Both the position numbers and the translations under genes were made by a program. Below the pieces are notes generated by a model, which saw only the letters and a list, made by a program, of their open reading frames with translations, was not told the origin of the DNA and ran no database searches. Below, one piece after another: positions 46,734 to 55,838 of a DNA stretch of 64,000 nucleotides (position 1 is its first letter; the number at the start of each line of letters is the position of its first letter). Source of the DNA: Candidatus Latescibacterota bacterium (lineage in GTDB: Bacteria; Latescibacterota; UBA2968; UBA8231); NCBI GenBank assembly GCA_965206595.1, contig OZ242214.1:1280001-1344000 (forward strand), given 5' to 3'.

Positions 46734-49264
46734 TGGACTGGGTTCTGCGCATGGCCTGGCGGGACAGCCGCGGCCGCCGCGGCCGGCTGCTCCTGCACAC
46801 CGCTTCCATCGCCGTGGGGATCGCCGCCCTGACCGGGCTGCGCGGGTTCTCGCGCACCATGGAGAGGAACGTCGACGAGCAGGCGGCCACTCTGATGGGG
46901 GCCGACGTCGAGATCGAGAGCCCCACCCCTTTCGAGGGGGAGCTGGGGGGTATCGTCGATTCGCTCGCCGCGCTCGGCGGCCGCAAAGCGGAGGAGGCGG
47001 AGATGAACTCGATGGTCCTGTTCCCGGCTTCCGGCGGCAGCCGGCTTGCCCGGGTGCGCGCCCTGCAGGGGGGATTCCCGTTCTACGGCGAGCTCGGCAC
47101 CGACCCTCCTGAAGCCGCGGCCGCCTGGCAGTCCGGGGGCATGGCCCTGGTCGACGACGGCATGATGCTGCAGTACGGCGTCGCCGTAGGCGACACCATC
47201 CGCGTCGGCCGCGAGAGCCTGGCGATCGCCGGCCGCCTGCTGAACCTGCCCGGGGAAACGGCCTTCCGCAGCGACCTGCAGCCGGTCGTCTTCATGCCGC
47301 TGAGCCGCATCGGGCAGACCGGGCTGATACAGCGGGGAAGCCGGGTGCGCTACCGCGCTCATTTCCAGCTGCCCGTAGGCACCGACGCCGCGGCCCTGTC
47401 CGCCTCCCTCGATGAGCGGCTCGAACGCTTCGACGCCGGCATCGAAACGGTGGAGGACCACAAGCGGCGCCTCGGGCGCACCCTGCGCAACCTCTACCGC
47501 TTCCTCGGCCTCGGCAGCTTCGTCGCCCTGCTGCTCGGGGCGGTCGGCGTCGCCAGCGCCATCCATGCCCACGTCGAGCAGAAGCTGGAGACCATCGCCG
47601 TTCTGCGCAGCCTCGGGGCCGCCTCCGGGGCCGCCCTGCGCATCTACCTCGTGCAGGCCTTCGCCATGGGGCTGATCGGCTCGCTGGCCGGGGCCGCGGC
47701 CGGCACCGCCCTGCTCTGGCGGCTGCCGGCCCTGCTCGCCGATTTCCTCCCGAAAGAGCTGGGAGAGCTGCAGGCGGCGCCGTCGCTGCCGGCCCTGGGC
47801 GAGGGCGTGGCCGCGGGTTCGGCCATCTCCCTGGTGTTCGCGGCCCTGCCGCTGCTCGCGGTGCGCCGGGTGTCGCCGCTGCTGGCGTTGCGCGCCTCGT
47901 ACGAGGCGGAGCCGGGCCGCAGCGACCGCCTCGCCCGCGCCCTGCTGCTGGGGCTGGCCGCCGGGGCCACCTTCCTGCTGGCATGGGCTCTCGCCGGGCG
48001 CCCGGACCACGCCCTCTACTTCGCCGGCGGAACCCTGGCGGCGCTGCTGCTGCTGGCGGCGACGGCGCGCCTCCTGCGCGGCGCCCTGCGCCGCTTCCTG
48101 CCCTCCTCCTGCGGCTACCTGCTGCGCCAGGGACTGGCAAATCTCTACCGCCCCCACAACCAGACCCTGCTGCTGCTGGCCAGTCTCGGCCTCGGCACCT
48201 TCCTCGTCGCCGCCCTCTACACGGCGCAGACCTCCATTCTCGGGCACGTCAACAGCGTCGCCGGCGGCCAGCGGCCGAACATGGTGCTGTTCGACATCCA
48301 GAGCGACCAGAAGGAAGCGGCCGCCGCCCTGGTGCGGGAGATGGGGATGCCGGTGATGCAGGAGGTCCCCGTGGTCGCCACGCGGCTGCGGGAGGTGAAG
48401 GGAAAAACAGTGGAGGAGCTTCTGAGGGACGGACCGCGCCGGGGGCGCTGGGCCCTGCGCCGCGAGTACCGCGTCACCTACCGCGATTCCACCACCGCAA
48501 CCGAGGAGATCGTCGCCGGGCAGTGGCGCGGGTCGGCCGCGGACACCGCCTTCATCTCTCTCGAGCGCAGGCTGGCGGAGGCGCTCGACGTCGCGATCGG
48601 GGACCGGCTCCTCTTCGACGTCCAGGGGGTCCCGGTCGAGGTCGTCGTCGGCAGCCTGCGGCAGGTCGAGTGGCAGCGCATCATGCCGAACTTCCTCGTC
48701 CTCTTTCCCGCCGGGGTCCTCGAGGAGGCGCCCCAGTTCCACGTTCTCGTCACCCGCTCCGGCGACGCCGAAACCCGCGCCGGGCTGCAGCGGCGGGCGG
48801 TCGGCGACTTTCCCAACGTATCGGTAATCGACCTCGACCTGGTCCTGATCACCGTCGACAAGGTGCTCGCCAAGGTCGCCGTGGTGGTGCGCTTCGTCGC
48901 CCTGTTCAGTATCGCCACCGGTCTCGCGGTGCTCGCCGCGGTGGTCACCGGCAGCCGTTTCCAGCGCCTGCGGGAAAGCGCCCTGCTGCGCACCCTGGGA
49001 GCCAGTCGCGGCCAGGTCGGGAAAATCCTGCTGATCGAGTACCTGCTCCTCGGCGGGCTCGCCGGGCTGGTCGGCTTGCTGCTGGCGATGGCCGGGGGCT
49101 GGGCCCTGGCGGCCTTCGTCTTCGAGGTCACCTTCGCGCCCTCCTGGCAGGCCCTGGGATTCGCCCTGATCGCCGTGCCGCTCTGCACCGTGCTCGCCGG
49201 CCTGCTCGGCAGCCGCGGCGTCCACCGGGCCCCGCCCCTCGAAGTGCTTCGGCAGGCAGACTGA
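46733..49264 (+). CDS. ybbP: ABC transporter permease (YbbP-like, duplicated FtsX)
   Basis: AWRDSR, FPFYG, IAVLRSLGA, FDIQ.DQ, ESALLRTLGA. Confidence 0.88.
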   Translation: MDWVLRMAWRDSRGRRGRLLLHTASIAVGIAALTGLRGFSRTMERNVDEQAATLMGADVEIESPTPFEGELGGIVDSLAALGGRKAEEAEMNSMVLFPASGGSRLARVRALQGGFPFYGELGTDPPEAAAAWQSGGMALVDDGMMLQYGVAVGDTIRVGRESLAIAGRLLNLPGETAFRSDLQPVVFMPLSRIGQTGLIQRGSRVRYRAHFQLPVGTDAAALSASLDERLERFDAGIETVEDHKRRLGRTLRNLYRFLGLGSFVALLLGAVGVASAIHAHVEQKLETIAVLRSLGAASGAALRIYLVQAFAMGLIGSLAGAAAGTALLWRLPALLADFLPKELGELQAAPSLPALGEGVAAGSAISLVFAALPLLAVRRVSPLLALRASYEAEPGRSDRLARALLLGLAAGATFLLAWALAGRPDHALYFAGGTLAALLLLAATARLLRGALRRFLPSSCGYLLRQGLANLYRPHNQTLLLLASLGLGTFLVAALYTAQTSILGHVNSVAGGQRPNMVLFDIQSDQKEAAAALVREMGMPVMQEVPVVATRLREVKGKTVEELLRDGPRRGRWALRREYRVTYRDSTTATEEIVAGQWRGSAADTAFISLERRLAEALDVAIGDRLLFDVQGVPVEVVVGSLRQVEWQRIMPNFLVLFPAGVLEEAPQFHVLVTRSGDAETRAGLQRRAVGDFPNVSVIDLDLVLITVDKVLAKVAVVVRFVALFSIATGLAVLAAVVTGSRFQRLRESALLRTLGASRGQVGKILLIEYLLLGGLAGLVGLLLAMAGGWALAAFVFEVTFAPSWQALGFALIAVPLCTVLAGLLGSRGVHRAPPLEVLRQAD

Positions 49265-49314
49265 CCGACTTCGACCCTGAATTGGTGGTGCAAACGACCC
49301 ATGGCATGGGGGGA

Positions 49315-50076
49315 CTACCCGTTCGACTCTCCCGCCAGGCGGCGCAGCAGCGGTTCGAGCGAAGCCCACACCACCGCGGCGACGCGGGCGTGTCCGGCCG
49401 CGTTCGGATGGATGCCGTCGGCCGACATCAGCTCCGGGTCTCCGCCCACCCCTTCGAGCAGGAACGGGATCAGCAGGGCCCCGCTCTGCTGGGCGAGACG
49501 GGGAAAGAGGTCGCGGAAGCGGCCGGTGTAGTCCGGTCCGAGGTTGGGGGGAAGCTGCATGCCGGCGATCACCAACTCGACCCCGGGGTTGTTCTGCCGC
49601 GCCCGCGCGAGAATCGCGGCGAGGTTGCTCTCCGTCTGCTGCAGCGGCAGACCGCGCAGCCCGTCGTTGCCCCCCAGCTCGAGGACGAAGACATCGACCG
49701 GCCGCCGCAGGACCCAGTCGACACGGCGCAGCCCCGCGGCGCTGGTCTCGCCGTCGAGGCCGGCGTTGACGACGCGGAAGTTCCACCCCAGCGAGTCGAT
49801 GCGGCTCTGCACGAGGGCGGGGTAGGCCTGCTCCCTCCCGAGGCCGTACCCCGAGGTCAGGCTGTCGCCGAAGAAGAGGATGGTGCGCGCGCTGTCCGCG
49901 GAGGCCACTGCGGCGGTTGGGGTATCGGCAAGGCAGGGGAAAGCCGCGACCAGGGCGCAGAGGGCGAGGAGCCCGAGGGAGAGGAACCTCCGTGGCGCCC
50001 GCGTTCCGGGTCGGGCCTTACGGCCGCGGATTCCCGCGCTGGTTAGCCCAGGGGTTCTGATTCTGCTTGATCGCAC
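49315..50076 (-). CDS. tesA: Arylesterase/thioesterase I (SGNH/GDSL)
   Basis: GDSLT, NAGLDGET, ELGGNDGLRG, DGIHPN. Start uncertain. Confidence 0.88.
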   Translation of the reverse strand: MRSSRIRTPGLTSAGIRGRKARPGTRAPRRFLSLGLLALCALVAAFPCLADTPTAAVASADSARTILFFGDSLTSGYGLGREQAYPALVQSRIDSLGWNFRVVNAGLDGETSAAGLRRVDWVLRRPVDVFVLELGGNDGLRGLPLQQTESNLAAILARARQNNPGVELVIAGMQLPPNLGPDYTGRFRDLFPRLAQQSGALLIPFLLEGVGGDPELMSADGIHPNAAGHARVAAVVWASLEPLLRRLAGESNG

Positions 50077-50353
50077 TCGCCCGTCTCGATATCCGGGATG
50101 GCTGTGGTGCCGGCCTCCAAGGCCGGCGGATCGTCCGAGGGACGGCGCGTTTTCTTCCGCCCCGGGGACCGGTGAAGGTGATTGGTTATCATTGAAGGAA
50201 TGATATGGAGACGACGTTGGAGAACCCACCCCGTTCCTCGGGCAGGTCAATTGGACCTGATTCCGGCCAAAAATTCCGATGCGATCAAGCCGATGGGCCG
50301 GATTGATCGCAGGTCTCCGGGATTTCCATCAGAACTGAGTGTGGAGGAGAGAT

Positions 50354-50638
50354 GTGACTAGACCGACAGAAGCAGAGGCACGAGATGGCTACCGAATCTG
50401 GCTACGCTACTCAGACGGCGCCGCCGGAGAGCTGGACCTATCTCATCTTGCTGGACGGGGTGTATTCGAAGCCTGGAACGACCGCGCCTGCTTCGAGGCC
50501 GTCCACATAGGTCCTGCCGGAGGGATCGCCTGGGGACAGGAAATCGAACTGTGTCCCGATGCCCTGTATATGCAACTGACTGGCAAGTCCGTTGAAAAAG
50601 TGATGTTTGGGGCATGGGCTCTGCTGGAAGATGCCTGA
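50354..50638 (+). CDS. DUF2442-family protein (DhiA-like antitoxin)
   Basis: YRIWLRYSDG..GELDL...GVF...W...ELCPDALY; GGAGGAG RBS. Confidence 0.85.
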   Translation: MTRPTEAEARDGYRIWLRYSDGAAGELDLSHLAGRGVFEAWNDRACFEAVHIGPAGGIAWGQEIELCPDALYMQLTGKSVEKVMFGAWALLEDA

Positions 50639-50891
50639 AATCTCCCGATTCTATGGAATCGTTATTCGGATGTATTTCGATGACCATGCACCTCCTCATT
50701 TCCACGCGACGTATGGTGAAGAAGAGGCTGTGGTCGGAATCGATAGTTTGGCCGTATTGCATGGGCATCTTTCTCCAAGGGCGCTTGGGCTGGTGGCAGA
50801 GTGGGCTTCCATGCATCAAGAAGAGCTGCGAGAAGCCTGGAATCGCGCGAAGCAGCTCAAATCTCCAGGAAAGATTGCACCGTTGAATTGA
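50631..50891 (+). CDS. DUF4160-family protein (DhiT-like toxin)
   Basis: MPEISRFYGIVIRMYFDDHAPPHFHA...EWASMHQEEL..IAPL. Confidence 0.9.
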   Translation: MPEISRFYGIVIRMYFDDHAPPHFHATYGEEEAVVGIDSLAVLHGHLSPRALGLVAEWASMHQEELREAWNRAKQLKSPGKIAPLN

Positions 50892-51049
50892 GTCGGAGCT
50901 AAACGATAGACCATAACCTCACGAGCACCCATCCCGGGTCCATCATTCCGAGAAACCCGCCGGGGGTCGCAACCGCTGACCGGTTCGTCCAGGCGGCCAT
51001 CCACCCCTCTGCTGCCAAAGCCTCGACAAGCCAGGGAACCCGCGGCTGC

Positions 51050-51145
51050 GATGAAGTGCCGGAGCGCAGACTGCTTGTCGGCGACGACGGTATCGAGGTC
51101 GCCGAGTTCCTTTCGAAACCGGTGGAGCACTGGGTGTGTCCGTGA
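51050..51145 (+). pseudogene. Orphan C-terminal fragment resembling COG1373/DUF4143 ATPases
   Basis: ...RRLLVGDDGIEVAEFLSKPVEHWVCP*, recognised from recall of this family's C-terminus. No upstream ORF. Confidence 0.4.
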
Positions 51146-51169
51146 CCGATTCGCACAGGGTTCAATGAG

Positions 51170-51499
51170 ATGAGCAGCGAAACGCCCGCAACCCGTCCTG
51201 ACGGCGAGATCGCCGTCTACGAAACACCGGATGGCGAAGTGCGTGTGGACGTTCGCGTTGGGCAAGAAACCGTTTGGCTGACCCAACGGCAGATGGCGCA
51301 AGTTTTCGACACCACTCCCGAGAACGTCCAGATGCACTTGCGTAACGTATTCTCCAGTGGGGAGTTGGAGGCAGAGGCAACTACCAAGGATTTCTTGGTA
51401 GTTCGAACCGAGGGGCAGGGCGGTTCACAAATGACGGGGCCACATCAATTCGCGAAGCCGCCGCTTGCGCCGCCGGCCACAGGAGACCGGAATGGATGA
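51170..51499 (+). pseudogene. Truncated RhuM/Fic-associated N-terminal DNA-binding fragment
   Basis: EIAVYETPDG...ETVWLTQRQMAQVF..HLRNVFSSGEL..TTKDFLVVRTEG. Similarity ends near 51415. Confidence 0.8.
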
Positions 51500-52301
51500 G
51501 GACCTGCTGATTCTCGAGCCAGGACAGAAGCGGTTCTTCGACGACAACGGGTACCTGCTGCTGCCCGGCTTCTACAGGGCAGCCCAAATGGGGGAGATGC
51601 GGCGGCAGTACCACGAGCTGGTCACCGACACCGGCGAGCGGCCGAGGAACATGAGCTACTCCTTCATGGAGCCGGTCGCCGGGTACCCTCCCGACCGGTT
51701 CAACCCGAAGAACGTCGTCGGCATGATGGACCAGACCTTGGCCGGCGACTACTGGTTCGACCAGTTCACCGAGCCGCGGATCGTGTCGGTGATGGTCGAC
51801 CTGCTCGGGCCGAACCTCGACTTCCACAACGGCAAGATCCGCAACAAGCCGCCGGGATTCGCCAACACCCAGGGCTGGCACCAGGACTGGCCGTACGAGC
51901 TGCACACCGAGCCCGACCTCGCCGCGGCGATCACCTACCTCGACGCCACCGACGCCGGGGCCGGGGCCACCGAGGTGGTTCCGGGAAGCCACCTCGACGG
52001 CTTCCTGCCGACCGCGGAAGGCGGGCCGACCCTGGTGCAGGAAGAGGTGCCGGAGGAGAGGCGCGCGGTCATCAGGGCGCAACCCGGGGACGTGGCGATC
52101 ATCCACGTCCTGGCGGTGCACCGGGCCGGAAACAACAACACCTCGACGAGCCGCAACGCCATCATCAACGAGTACAAGACCGCGGAGACCATAGACCGCT
52201 GGAACAACCGCTGCGCCTTCGCCGGACTGCCGCTGGCGCGCAACCGCAAGCTGCTGATGCCGCGCGTCAGCGAAGCGGGGAAGGACAGCCGAAAGGGATA
52301 G
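51492..52301 (+). CDS. PhyH-family Fe(II)/2OG dioxygenase
   Basis: FDDNGYL, KPP..WHQD, VPGSH, HRAG.N..SR. Confidence 0.92.
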   Translation: MDEDLLILEPGQKRFFDDNGYLLLPGFYRAAQMGEMRRQYHELVTDTGERPRNMSYSFMEPVAGYPPDRFNPKNVVGMMDQTLAGDYWFDQFTEPRIVSVMVDLLGPNLDFHNGKIRNKPPGFANTQGWHQDWPYELHTEPDLAAAITYLDATDAGAGATEVVPGSHLDGFLPTAEGGPTLVQEEVPEERRAVIRAQPGDVAIIHVLAVHRAGNNNTSTSRNAIINEYKTAETIDRWNNRCAFAGLPLARNRKLLMPRVSEAGKDSRKG

Positions 52302-52306
52302 CCGAC

Positions 52307-53473
52307 ATGACACAGAGTTGGGAGCGAAGCGACAACGAGGTCCTCGCCACGCTGCAGGACGTGGTGGCGATAGAAAGCGTCAACCCCGCGCTGCCCGGGG
52401 GCCGGGAGGGGGAAGGGGGCATGGTCGAGTACCTGTCCGGCTTCTTCGACGGCGTCGGGTTGCCGTTCGAGCTGTCGGAGGCGCTGCCGGGCCGCCGCAA
52501 CCTCGTTGCCCGGCTCGAGGGGGAAGACCCGGAGCGGGCGCTGCTGTTCGAGTGCCACATGGACACCGCTTCCGTCGAGGTGATGTCGATTCCCCCGTTC
52601 GAGCCGCACATCCGGGACGGCCTGATGTACGGACGCGGCTCCGCGGACACCAAGGCCGGGGGCGTCGCCATGATGCACGCCATGCTGCGCTTGGCCGAGG
52701 CGGGGGAGAAACCGCCGCGCACCATCATCTACGCCGGCTCGGTCGACGAGGAGTACCTGATGAGGGGCGCGCGCCACCTCGCCGGACGCATCGAGGTCGA
52801 GGCCGCGGTCATCGCCGAGCCGACCGACCTCGCGGTGATCCGCGGCCACAAGGGAGTGGTCCGCTTCCACGTCGCCGTCAACGGCAAGGCCGCGCACAGC
52901 TCCAAGCCCTGGCTCGGGGTCAACGCCATCTCGGGGATGGCGCGGCTGGTCACCCGCCTCGAGCAGGTGATCGGCGCCGACTACGCCTCCCGCAACGATC
53001 CCCTGCTCGGCAGCCCGACCCTGAACGTCGGCGTCATCGAGGGGGGCATGCAGGTCAACTTCGTGCCGGACAGCTGCCGCATCGAGGTCGACGTGCGCAC
53101 CATACCGGGGCAGACCGCGGAGGAGGTGACGGCGCAGTTCGCCGCGGCGGTCGCGGAAGTGGAGGGAATCGACGCCGTCCTCGAGGAACCGTCCATCACC
53201 CTGGGAGCCCTGGGTACCGCCGAGGACGCGGAGATCGTGCAGAGCGCGGCCGCCGCCTGCCGCGAGGTCCGGGGGGAGGCGGAAATCGCCGGGGTGCCGT
53301 ACGCCACCGACGGCAGTCCGTTCGCCGACCGCGGCGTGCCGACCATCATCCTCGGGCCGGGCAGCATCGACCAGGCCCACGGCGCCGTCGAGTGGATCGA
53401 GTGCCGGCAGGTGATTCAGGCGGTCGAAGTGTACGAGCGGATCATGATGAGTCCGGGCAAGGGCTCGTCGTGA
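52307..53473 (+). CDS. M20 ArgE/DapE-family deacylase
   Basis: HMDT, GRGSADTK, DEE, AEPT, HSS, N.VP, GPG..AH..E. Confidence 0.92.
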   Translation: MTQSWERSDNEVLATLQDVVAIESVNPALPGGREGEGGMVEYLSGFFDGVGLPFELSEALPGRRNLVARLEGEDPERALLFECHMDTASVEVMSIPPFEPHIRDGLMYGRGSADTKAGGVAMMHAMLRLAEAGEKPPRTIIYAGSVDEEYLMRGARHLAGRIEVEAAVIAEPTDLAVIRGHKGVVRFHVAVNGKAAHSSKPWLGVNAISGMARLVTRLEQVIGADYASRNDPLLGSPTLNVGVIEGGMQVNFVPDSCRIEVDVRTIPGQTAEEVTAQFAAAVAEVEGIDAVLEEPSITLGALGTAEDAEIVQSAAAACREVRGEAEIAGVPYATDGSPFADRGVPTIILGPGSIDQAHGAVEWIECRQVIQAVEVYERIMMSPGKGSS

Positions 53474-53529
53474 AGTAACTGGTCTACTGCGGCGACGCTT
53501 GGATTCGGGGGCTCGGCTTGGAAGCTCGC

Positions 53530-54642
53530 TTATTCGCGGCGAGACCCAACCGTCCTGCGGCGCAGTGTGCGCTCGGCGAGAAACTCCGGGTCGGGAGCCG
53601 GCAGGCCTTCGGTGAAGGGCTTGAAGACGCAGCCCTCCGCCAGCTCCATCGCCGGCTGTGAAAGGTCTTGGCGGTAGAAGCGGGAGGAGGGGAACAGGTC
53701 CCCCGGGTAGGTGAAGTTCTCCAGGGTCGCCAGCTCGACGCAGATCGAGCCCCCGAGGGCGCTCTCCAGCATGCCGCCGACCCAGACCGGAATGCCGGCG
53801 TCCCGGGCCATGTCGTGCACTGCCAGGGCGTTGGCAAGGCCCCCGATCCTTCCTGGCTTGATGTTGATGTAGCGGCAGGCCCCGATGCGGATCGCCTGCT
53901 CCGCGGCGCGCACGTCGACGATGGTCTCGTCGAGACAGATCGGGGTGCCGATCCGCTTGGCGAGCTCGGCGTGATCGAGGAGGTCGTTGTAGTGAAGGGG
54001 CTGCTCGATGAAGGCGAGCCCCATGCCGTCGATGGCCTTGAAGAAGGGGAGGTCGTCGAGGCTGTACCCCGAGTTGCAGTCGATGTGGAAGGTCATGTCC
54101 GGGAAGGTCGAGGTGACGACCTGCAGCATCTCGAGGTCCCAGCCCGGGGCCGCTTTCAGCTTGATGCGCGGGAAGCCGGCGTCGACGGCCTTCTGAATGT
54201 TTCCGAGGAGCATGTCGTAGGAATCCTGGATGCCGAAGTCGGCGCCGGCGGCCACGTCCCGCGTCTGTCCGCCGAGCAGCCGGTGCAGGGGGGTTCCGGT
54301 GATCCGGCTCTGCAGCGTCCACCAGCCGATCTCGATGGCCGCCTTGGCGAAGCTGTTCCCCTTGAAGATCGCCAGCCGCTGGTTGAGGTCGGCGGCGGTG
54401 TCGAACTCGCGCCCTGCCACCCAGGGCCCCATCACCTCGGAGACGTGGTAGAAGACCGACCCGGCGCTCTCGTTGAGATAGGTCGGCGCGAAGAAGGGGG
54501 TGCTCTCCGACCAGGCGGCGTGCTCGCCGCTGGTCAACTCGACGAGCACCGAGTGGATGTCGGCGTCCTCGCCGTAGGCGGTGCGCCATGGATAGATCAG
54601 GGGCATCACCGCGTAGTACACGTCTAGTCTGTCGATCCGCAT
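53530..54642 (-). CDS. menC: o-succinylbenzoate synthase / N-acylamino acid racemase (OSBS/NSAR)
   Basis: RIKLK, DCN, EQP, DET, NIKPGRIGG, GGMLE, PGD..S.R. Confidence 0.88.
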   Translation of the reverse strand: MRIDRLDVYYAVMPLIYPWRTAYGEDADIHSVLVELTSGEHAAWSESTPFFAPTYLNESAGSVFYHVSEVMGPWVAGREFDTAADLNQRLAIFKGNSFAKAAIEIGWWTLQSRITGTPLHRLLGGQTRDVAAGADFGIQDSYDMLLGNIQKAVDAGFPRIKLKAAPGWDLEMLQVVTSTFPDMTFHIDCNSGYSLDDLPFFKAIDGMGLAFIEQPLHYNDLLDHAELAKRIGTPICLDETIVDVRAAEQAIRIGACRYINIKPGRIGGLANALAVHDMARDAGIPVWVGGMLESALGGSICVELATLENFTYPGDLFPSSRFYRQDLSQPAMELAEGCVFKPFTEGLPAPDPEFLAERTLRRRTVGSRRE

Positions 54643-54897
54643 CTGCCTGCTCCCGGTTTTTCAGCCTTTGCCGCGCCGGGCTTTCCTCTGCGTGGGGCGC
54701 AAGAAGGGGCGCTCCCGCCGTGCAGCGATCCGGCGCGTTCCATGAGGTCAGCCGATAAAGGCGTTTTCCCGGGCAGGGTCAAGCGGTGCCCATGAGGGGC
54801 GCTTCTTGACCTCGGCGGCGAATCGGGCCGTATCATTCCCTGCGGGCGGGGCGTCCTGCCCTTGCCCGATTCTCTAACGAACCGACGGAGGTGACGG

Positions 54898-55761
54898 ATG
54901 ATCGTCGATACGCATGTGCACATCTGGGAGATCCCCCCCAAGGCCCCGGTGGGCCCGACGGCGCCGCGCTGGTCGAGTCTTCCGGACGAGCCGGCGACCG
55001 CGGAGCTGCTGCTCGAGGACATGGACGCCAACGGCGTCGACTGGACCGTCCTCGTGCAGACCTCCTTCTCGACCTGGGACAACGGCTACCTCGCCGACAG
55101 CGCCCGCAAGTACCCCGACCGCTTCGTCGTCCACGGCCTCGTCGACCCGCTGGCCCCCGACAACGCCGGGACCGCGGCCTACTGGATGGACGAGCGCGGC
55201 CTCGCCGGCTTCCGCTTTCACCCGATGTACTACCGGACCGACGACCCGGCCGAGGGCAGCATCCTGACGCGGCCCGAGAACGAAGCGATGTTCGCGGCGA
55301 TAGCGGAGCGCCGCGGCATAATCCAGGTCCACGCCTTCCCCGAGCACGCCGGCCAGCTCGACTACGCCGCGTCCCGCTGGCCGCAGATCACCTGGCTTAT
55401 CGATCACATGATGTACCCGCAGCCGCAGTGGGCTGAGGAGAACTGGGCGCCGTACGACCCGGTGCTGGCCCTGGCCGACCACCCCAACGTCGGCATCAAG
55501 ATCTCCGACGTGCACAACCGCTCGCAGCAGGAGTTCCCGCACGCCGACATGTTGCCGGTGGTTCGCAAGGCGGTGGAGGCCTTCGGCGCGGACCGCATTC
55601 TCTGGGGCACCGGGTACCCGGGGGATCTCCGCGTCAAGCACGGCTGGCCGACGCTGCGGGATGAGCTGCGCATCGTCGAGGAGGCGTTCGACTTTCTCAG
55701 CCCGGAGGAACGCTCCGGAATGCTGGGGGAGAACGCGGCGCGGATCTGGGGGCTGAAATGA
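54898..55761 (+). CDS. Amidohydrolase_2 family protein
   Basis: DTHVH, VLVQ..DNGY, IDH, IKIS, FGADRILWGTGYP. Confidence 0.9.
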   Translation: MIVDTHVHIWEIPPKAPVGPTAPRWSSLPDEPATAELLLEDMDANGVDWTVLVQTSFSTWDNGYLADSARKYPDRFVVHGLVDPLAPDNAGTAAYWMDERGLAGFRFHPMYYRTDDPAEGSILTRPENEAMFAAIAERRGIIQVHAFPEHAGQLDYAASRWPQITWLIDHMMYPQPQWAEENWAPYDPVLALADHPNVGIKISDVHNRSQQEFPHADMLPVVRKAVEAFGADRILWGTGYPGDLRVKHGWPTLRDELRIVEEAFDFLSPEERSGMLGENAARIWGLK

Positions 55762-55765
55762 GCGT

Positions 55766-55783
55766 CAGGGACCCCTGATGGAC
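55766..55783 (+). repeat. Left copy of direct repeat cagggacccctgatggac
   Basis: Matches 61648-61664 except for one extra C. Confidence 0.7.
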
Positions 55784-55838
55784 TGCGGAATCAAAATTTC
55801 ACGCCGGAAAGTACGTGCATTTCTTGAACTTGCCCGAC

